This document shows, piece after piece, positions 46,537 through 51,896 of a stretch of 51,896 nt of DNA. Source of the stretch: Candidatus Nanopelagicales bacterium (GTDB taxonomy: Bacteria > Actinomycetota > Actinomycetes > S36-B12); assembly GCA_028688835.1 (NCBI GenBank), contig JAQTXL010000002.1, positions 2,710-54,605 of the forward strand, in the 5' to 3' direction. The notes below the pieces were generated by a model. It was given only the letters and a program-made list of their open reading frames with translations. It was not told the DNA's origin and did no database searches. The stretch's first letter is position 1, and each line of letters starts with the position of its first letter. The position numbers were made by a program, and so were the translations under genes.

Positions 46537-47406
46537 CTAGAGGCTGTCCAGCGCACCTGAGCGGCGGACCGCCATCAGGTACAGCAGCACGATGATCACG
46601 GGCAGGGTCGCCACAGCGGCAGCGAACGGGAGATTGGTGACATACGTCTGCTGCACGACGTTGCCCAGCATCTGCACCTTGCCGCCGACGATCTGCGCGG
46701 TGATGTAGTCGCCCAGGCTGAGTGAGAACGTGAAGATCGAGCCGGCGACCACCGACGGGAAGATCATCGGGATGACGACTGACCGGAAGGTCCGCCCGTT
46801 GCGGGCTCCGAGGTCCGCAGAGGCGTCGAGCAGTGAGGCTGGCATACGCGTCAGGCCCGCGTAGATCGGCAGGATCATGTAGGGCAGCCACAGGTACGTG
46901 AGCGTGATGACGATGCCGAACGTGCCGTAGCCCGGAGAGTCGACGCCGAAGGGCGTCAGCAGCCAGGCGATGACGCCGCTCTCGGGCTGCAGCATCGAGC
47001 GCCACGCGTAGACCTTCACCAGGTACGACGCCCACAGTGGCGTGAGGATCAGTGCCACCAGAAGCGGCTGCCATCGCGGAGTTGCGATGCGTGCCATGAA
47101 GAACGCGATGGGCATGCCGATGATCAGGCACAGCACGGTGGTGAGCAGCGCGATGACGATGGTGCGTCCGACAGTCTCGAAGTAGGCCGTCGTGGAGAAC
47201 AGCGTGGCGAAGTTGTCGAGGGTGAAGGTGTGCACGACCTGACCGGTGAAGTCATCGATCGTGTAGAAGGCCGTGAGGAACAGCGCAGCAAGCGATCCCA
47301 GGTAGATGACGACCAGCCACGCCATCGGGGCTGTCAGCAGGCCGCCCAGCTTCAAGCTGGGATGCCGGTACCAGAAGCCCCGATGGGTGGCGGTCGTCGT
47401 CGTCAT
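46537..47406 (-). CDS. ABC transporter permease (PotB-like)
   Basis: It has 6 TM segments and the EAA loop [13 protein letters not shown]. Confidence 0.8.
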   Translation of the reverse strand: MTTTTATHRGFWYRHPSLKLGGLLTAPMAWLVVIYLGSLAALFLTAFYTIDDFTGQVVHTFTLDNFATLFSTTAYFETVGRTIVIALLTTVLCLIIGMPIAFFMARIATPRWQPLLVALILTPLWASYLVKVYAWRSMLQPESGVIAWLLTPFGVDSPGYGTFGIVITLTYLWLPYMILPIYAGLTRMPASLLDASADLGARNGRTFRSVVIPMIFPSVVAGSIFTFSLSLGDYITAQIVGGKVQMLGNVVQQTYVTNLPFAAAVATLPVIIVLLYLMAVRRSGALDSL

Positions 47407-47427
47407 GACTGGTTCACTGGGAGGCGA

Positions 47428-48633
47428 TCAGCTCCGCAGTGCACTCCAGGCTGTCGACCACTGGCTGTACGGGATGCACGTGACATCGGTGCGGCCATCG
47501 AGGCACGCGGTCGTCGGCGTGTTCCAGTAGTAGACGTCCTTCCAGTACTCCGTGTCACCTGCGTGATACGTCGTGCAGAAGTTCTTGTCTGCCGTGAGAT
47601 CGCACGCCTTGGCATTCGACGGCGCCTCGCCGAACCACTCCGCCACGGCCGCGTTCGTCTTGGGCGAGGCGATGTGGTCGAGCCACTTGTAGGCGCAGTT
47701 GATGTTCGGCGTGTCCTTGGCGACCATCCAGGTGTCCGACCAGCCGGTCGAGCCCTCCTTGGGCTTGATGGCATCGACCTTCACTCCCTCGCTCTGCGCG
47801 AGATTGGCGATGACCTGCCACGTCGTTCCGGCCACGATGGAGCCCGTCTTGAATGCCTGGACCGACTTGAGGTAGTCGGACCAGTACTCGCCGACGAGCT
47901 CCTTCTGCTGCGTCAGCAGGGCGATGGCAGCATCGAACTGCGCCTGGTCGAGCGCATACGGGTACTTGATGCCGAGCTCCGGCTTGGTCGCCATGAGGTA
48001 GGTCGCAGCGTCGGCGATGAAGATCGGCGAGTCGTAGGCCGTGATCTTGCCCTTGTACTTCGAGTCGGGATCCCACGTGATGGCCCACGAGTCCGGAGCC
48101 GGCTTCACCTCGTTCGTGTTGTACATGAGCAGGTTCGCGCCTCGGCCGTGCGGGATGCCGTAGGCCACCCCGTCGACGCTGTTGAACTGCTGCATCTTGA
48201 GATCCGGGAAGATGTCGGCGTAGCTGGGCACCAGGTCGGTGTTGACCGGCTGGACGGTGTCACCGTAGATGAGGCGCAGCGAGGCGTCGCCCGAGGCGGA
48301 CACCACATCCCAGCCACCGCCCTGCATGAGCTTCACCGCCTCATCGGAGGTCCCGAAGCTCTTGAAGTTGACCTTGCACCCGGTGTCCTTCTCGAAGTCG
48401 GTCACCCAGTCGACCTTGGGGTCGGTGGAGCCGTTCTCCACGTAGCCGGGCCAGGCCAGGATGTTGAGCTGGCCCTCGCCTGCGCCCACCGGCCCGGCGA
48501 ATGCGGCGCCGCCAGGCGCAGCAGACGACGAAGAGCCGGGTGATGCACTGTCCGAACTGCCACCGCATGCAGCCGCGAGCAACGCGACTGACGCACCCAC
48601 GGTCGCGACCTTCAGTAGACGTCTGGTCTTCAC
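47428..48633 (-). CDS. ABC transporter substrate-binding lipoprotein (PotD/PotF-like, polyamine-type)
   Basis: The GTG at 48633 follows AGGAGGA. A lipobox LAAACGG is present and the fold is a family-1 SBP. Confidence 0.72.
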   Translation of the reverse strand: MKTRRLLKVATVGASVALLAAACGGSSDSASPGSSSSAAPGGAAFAGPVGAGEGQLNILAWPGYVENGSTDPKVDWVTDFEKDTGCKVNFKSFGTSDEAVKLMQGGGWDVVSASGDASLRLIYGDTVQPVNTDLVPSYADIFPDLKMQQFNSVDGVAYGIPHGRGANLLMYNTNEVKPAPDSWAITWDPDSKYKGKITAYDSPIFIADAATYLMATKPELGIKYPYALDQAQFDAAIALLTQQKELVGEYWSDYLKSVQAFKTGSIVAGTTWQVIANLAQSEGVKVDAIKPKEGSTGWSDTWMVAKDTPNINCAYKWLDHIASPKTNAAVAEWFGEAPSNAKACDLTADKNFCTTYHAGDTEYWKDVYYWNTPTTACLDGRTDVTCIPYSQWSTAWSALRS

Positions 48634-48683
48634 CTGCGTCCTCCTTCTGTCTCGTCCTTGCACCTGACCGGCCGGGCGGCCGC

Positions 48684-49706
48684 TCAGTTCACTGCGTATT
48701 CATGCTCCTGATCCCACAGGAGCGTCACGTGCTGCCCCCGCAGCGCAAGGGCGATCTCCGGATCAGAAGCCGTGTTCTGCTCGACGCACATGAGTGAGCC
48801 GCCATGGGCGAGATCGACGACGTAGCGGGTCGACATGCCCACGTAGACCACTTCACGCACCGTGCCGAGAGCTGCGCGCTCACCTGCGCCCGGGCTGACC
48901 TCGCCGCGGGCGATCCGGATCTTCTCCGGCCGGATCGACCAGCAGCCCGAACGTCCGAGGATCTCGAGGGCAGTGGCATCGCGCAGCAGGTTCGACGTGC
49001 CGACGAAGCTCGCCACGAACTCGGTGGCCGGATGCTCGTAGATGTCCATGGGCGTGCCGAGCTGCACGATCCGTCCCTCGTTGAACACGGCGATGCGATC
49101 GGACATCGTCAGTGCCTCGTCCTGGTCATGCGTGACGAAGACGAAGGTGATGCCCACCTCGCGCTGGATGTGCTTGAGCTCGAGCTGCATCTGCTCGCGC
49201 AGCTTGAGGTCGAGGGCGCCGAGCGGCTCGTCGAGCAGCAGCACCCTGGGCCGGTTCACGAGAGCGCGGGCGAGGGCGACCCGCTGGCGCTGGCCACCGG
49301 ACAGCTGGGATGGCGCACGCTCACCGAACTCGCCGAGCCGCACCTCGTCAAGCGCCTCCTGGGCGCGGCGACGGCGCTCATCCTTGGCCACCTTCTTCAC
49401 CCGGAGCCCGTACTCGACGTTCTCGAGCACGGACATGTGCGGGAACAGCGCGTAGTCCTGGAACACGGTGTTGACGTCGCGATCGAACGGCGGGCTGCTG
49501 GTGACATCACGGCCGGCCAGCTCGATGGTGCCGGCGTCCGGCCGCTCGAAACCGGCGATCATGCGCAGCACCGTGGTCTTGCCCGAGCCCGACGGGCCGA
49601 GCAGGGTCAGGAACTCGCCGTCGTCGACATCGAGGTCGACACCGTCGACGGCCGCGACCCGGCCGAACGACTTCCGCAGGCCGCGCACCCTGATCGCCTC
49701 AGTCAC
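48684..49706 (-). CDS. ABC transporter ATP-binding protein (PotA-like, with C-terminal TOBE-type domain)
   Basis: GPSGSGKTT, LSGGQRQRVALARAL and LLLDEP are present. Confidence 0.9.
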   Translation of the reverse strand: MTEAIRVRGLRKSFGRVAAVDGVDLDVDDGEFLTLLGPSGSGKTTVLRMIAGFERPDAGTIELAGRDVTSSPPFDRDVNTVFQDYALFPHMSVLENVEYGLRVKKVAKDERRRRAQEALDEVRLGEFGERAPSQLSGGQRQRVALARALVNRPRVLLLDEPLGALDLKLREQMQLELKHIQREVGITFVFVTHDQDEALTMSDRIAVFNEGRIVQLGTPMDIYEHPATEFVASFVGTSNLLRDATALEILGRSGCWSIRPEKIRIARGEVSPGAGERAALGTVREVVYVGMSTRYVVDLAHGGSLMCVEQNTASDPEIALALRGQHVTLLWDQEHEYAVN

Positions 49707-49793
49707 GCTCGCAGACTACTCACGAAAGGCGATGCAGCTGTCAAGGAACGCGAATCGTGCGACACGCACGCGAACGCACTAGATTCCGGATGC

Positions 49794-51491
49794 ATGAAGG
49801 CCGCACGCGCACTGCTCCCCGTCTCGCTGCGGGGCTACAAGCGCGCCTGGCTGTCCACTGATGTCATCGCAGGCGCCACCCTGTCCGCAGTCGCGATCCC
49901 CGAGGTCATGGGCTACACGTCGATCGCCCAGACTCCCCTGGTCACCGGGCTGTACACGATCATCTTCCCGACCATCGTGTTCGTGCTGCTCGGCTCGTCG
50001 AAGCTGCTCGTCGTCGGCGCGGACTCCGCCACGGCCGCCCTGCTCTCCGCCGGCCTCCTCGGCGTCGGCATCGCCGGCGTCACGCCGAACTCGCCCGAGT
50101 GGCTGGCCTACTGCGGCGTCATCGCACTCATCTGCGCCGGCATGCTCGCCATCGCCCGCGTGTTCAAGCTGGGCTTCCTCGGCGACTTCCTGAGCGCCTC
50201 GGTGCTCATCGGCTTCCTGACCGGCGTCGGCGTGCAGGTGCTCTCGGGGCAGATCCCCGACATCCTCGGCGTCGCCAAGGGCTCAGGCAACTGGTTCGCC
50301 GTCCAGCTCGACTGGATCAAGGAGATCCCCAGCATCGACTGGTCGACCTTCGCGTACGGCCTGGCCACCATCGTGATCATCGTGGGCTTCAAGCGCTTCG
50401 CACCGAAGATCCCCGGCGCCATCATCGCCGTCGTGGCGCTCATCATCGTGTCCACCTTGACGCACGCCGCCGAGCATGGGGTCGCAGTCGTCGGCTCGGT
50501 GCAGGGCGGGTTCCCGCCGATCGGCCTGCCCCAGGGCATCAGCATGAACAACATGGCCTCGATCGTGGGCATCGCATTCTCGTGCTTCATCCTCATCATC
50601 GCCCAGAGCGCCGCCACCTCGCGGAGCTTCGCGATGAAGCACGGCGACCGCGTCGACATCAACCGCGACATCCTCGGCCTCTCGGGGGCGAACATCGCCG
50701 CGGGCCTCAGCGGCACCTTCGTCGTGAACGGAAGCCCGACCAAGACGCAGATCCTCGACAGCCAGAAGGGCCGCACCCAGGTCGCCAACCTGACGATGGC
50801 ACTCATCGCCCTGCTGTTCACCATGTTCTTCACCGGGCTGCTCACCAACATGCCCAAGTCGGTCCTCGCCGGCATCGTCTTCCTGATCGGCGTCGACCTC
50901 ATCGACATCGTGGGTCTGCGGCGCATCGCATCACGCCGACGGAGCGAGTTCATCATCGCGACGATCACCGCCGTGGTCGTGTGCGCGGTCGGCGTCGAGC
51001 AGGGCATCATCCTGGCCATCGTCGTGTCGATCCTCGAGATCATCCGACGCCAGTACAAGCCGAAGGACTTCGTGGTCGGCGTCAACAGCGCCGGTCAGCC
51101 CACGTACACGCCCAGTGCGCCCGGCAAGCAGAGCGAGCCCGGGCTCATCATCTTCCGGTACGACGCAGAGCTCTTCTACGCCAACGCCAATTCCTTCGTC
51201 GACGATGTCGAGAGGCTCATCGACGCCGCGCCCGCCCCTGTGCGATGGCTCGTGCTCGATGCCTCGTCGCTCGATGACATCGACTACTCGGCCGGCCTCG
51301 CACTGGGAGGCCTGATCGACTTCGTGCAGGCACGCGGCATCAAGTTCGCGATCACCCGCGCCGACCTCAACCTCACGGCCACGCTGCATCGCTACGACCT
51401 GCTCGACCGCATCGGACGTCCGATGATCTTCGGCAACCTCAGTGACGCCGTCGATGCCTTCCATCGGGATGCGAGCGCGCCGCATGAGTGA
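49794..51491 (+). CDS. SulP family anion permease with C-terminal STAS domain
   Basis: The start was re-picked at MKAARALLP (ATG 49794). DVIAGATLSAVAIPEVMGY and SAATSRSF are present, along with a STAS tail. The 895-aa ORF in the track is an antisense-of-potA over-extension. Confidence 0.9.
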   Translation: MKAARALLPVSLRGYKRAWLSTDVIAGATLSAVAIPEVMGYTSIAQTPLVTGLYTIIFPTIVFVLLGSSKLLVVGADSATAALLSAGLLGVGIAGVTPNSPEWLAYCGVIALICAGMLAIARVFKLGFLGDFLSASVLIGFLTGVGVQVLSGQIPDILGVAKGSGNWFAVQLDWIKEIPSIDWSTFAYGLATIVIIVGFKRFAPKIPGAIIAVVALIIVSTLTHAAEHGVAVVGSVQGGFPPIGLPQGISMNNMASIVGIAFSCFILIIAQSAATSRSFAMKHGDRVDINRDILGLSGANIAAGLSGTFVVNGSPTKTQILDSQKGRTQVANLTMALIALLFTMFFTGLLTNMPKSVLAGIVFLIGVDLIDIVGLRRIASRRRSEFIIATITAVVVCAVGVEQGIILAIVVSILEIIRRQYKPKDFVVGVNSAGQPTYTPSAPGKQSEPGLIIFRYDAELFYANANSFVDDVERLIDAAPAPVRWLVLDASSLDDIDYSAGLALGGLIDFVQARGIKFAITRADLNLTATLHRYDLLDRIGRPMIFGNLSDAVDAFHRDASAPHE

Positions 51492-51896
51492 CACGCAGTG
51501 CCGGAACGAGGCGCTCGAGCTCGGCGAGATCAAGAACACCGGCTATGAGATCTTCATCGCCGCACTCTCGGTGCTGTCGATCATCAACCTCGTGCTGCTC
51601 TACGTGCTTCGCGATCCCACGCTCGATGCAGTCCTCTACGTCATCAACATCCTGCTGACCCTCATCTTCCTGAGCGACTTCCTGTACCGGTTCTTCACGG
51701 TCGAGTCCAAGCAGCACTACTTCTTCAGGAATTTCGGCTGGGCCGACCTGCTCGCGAGCCTGCCGTTCCAGCAGGTGAAGATCCTCCGGCTCTTCCGGCT
51801 CGTCAAGGTCGGCCGGCTCCTCGAGGACAAGGGTGCCAAGGGCATCGCGCGGTCGCTCCTGCGCGACCGCGCGGGCAGTGCACTGCTGAGCCTGCT
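51484..51896 (+). CDS. ion-transport (voltage-sensor type, Kv-like) channel protein, N-terminal part; 3' end outside window
   Basis: My own translation from ATG 51484 gives MSDTQCRNEALELGEIKNTGYEIFIAALSV... with S1-S3 helices and the S4-like KILRLFRLVKVGRLL. It overlaps the SulP stop by 8 nt and is not in the ORF track. Confidence 0.7.
   Translation, partial: MSDTQCRNEALELGEIKNTGYEIFIAALSVLSIINLVLLYVLRDPTLDAVLYVINILLTLIFLSDFLYRFFTVESKQHYFFRNFGWADLLASLPFQQVKILRLFRLVKVGRLLEDKGAKGIARSLLRDRAGSALLSL

Noticed and set aside
48804-49793. A 330-aa N-terminal extension of the SulP ORF (the track gives 895 aa).
   Set aside because: The extension is antisense to the well-supported PotA-like ATPase and has junk composition. 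The SulP family N-terminus begins at ATG 49794.

Overview
This is a high-GC (about 70%) actinobacterial chromosomal segment with Micrococcales-like gene order. It is almost fully coding. I found no rRNA, tRNA, CRISPR array, transposase or integrase. All family calls are by-eye motif recognition on the supplied translations, with no searches run, and start codons were re-picked from the DNA where the ORF track over-extends.

Layout:
- 1-1.5 kb: the tail of a MidA/NDUFAF7-like methyltransferase, translationally coupled to an orphan NuoD/NDUFS2-like protein.
- 1.5-10 kb: the conserved core block dacB-tilS-hpt-ftsH-folE-folP-folB-folK plus two small uncharacterised genes (minus strand), with ppa opposite. 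ftsH through the last small gene are linked by six consecutive ATGA overlaps.
- 10-15.4 kb: a phosphate transporter in the unusual order pstC-pstA-pstB-pstS, followed by a degenerate PstS-like lipoprotein, with PHO-box-like direct repeats.
- 15.5-17 kb: a DsbA-like oxidoreductase, a histidine phosphatase and a small membrane ORF.
- 17-20.4 kb: a clear TPP riboswitch followed by thiamine ABC transporter genes.
- 20.4-24.3 kb: xthA, then a secreted transglycosylase-like gene with a long structured leader (candidate c-di-AMP riboswitch), then an MFS-TetR operon preceded by three palindromes.
- 24.2-30.3 kb: an acyl-CoA module of divergent ECH-PNPOx, then ACAD-ACAD-ECH-VOC-VOC.
- 30.4-45.7 kb: secreted or lipoprotein genes, pterin carbinolamine dehydratase, tesB, ECH, ALDH, a secreted Vgb-like beta-propeller, QOR, an acyltransferase, an untracked 57-aa ORF, DCC, ald, gpx, and a DDN-exonuclease-membrane-Imm gene string.
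- 45.7-51.9 kb: a potADBC-type ABC transporter, then a SulP/STAS permease whose stop overlaps the start of a voltage-sensor-type ion channel, which is cut by the window end.

The most interesting candidate for something undescribed is the MidA-NuoD-like pair. Next are the ACAD/VOC module and the exonuclease/Imm string.
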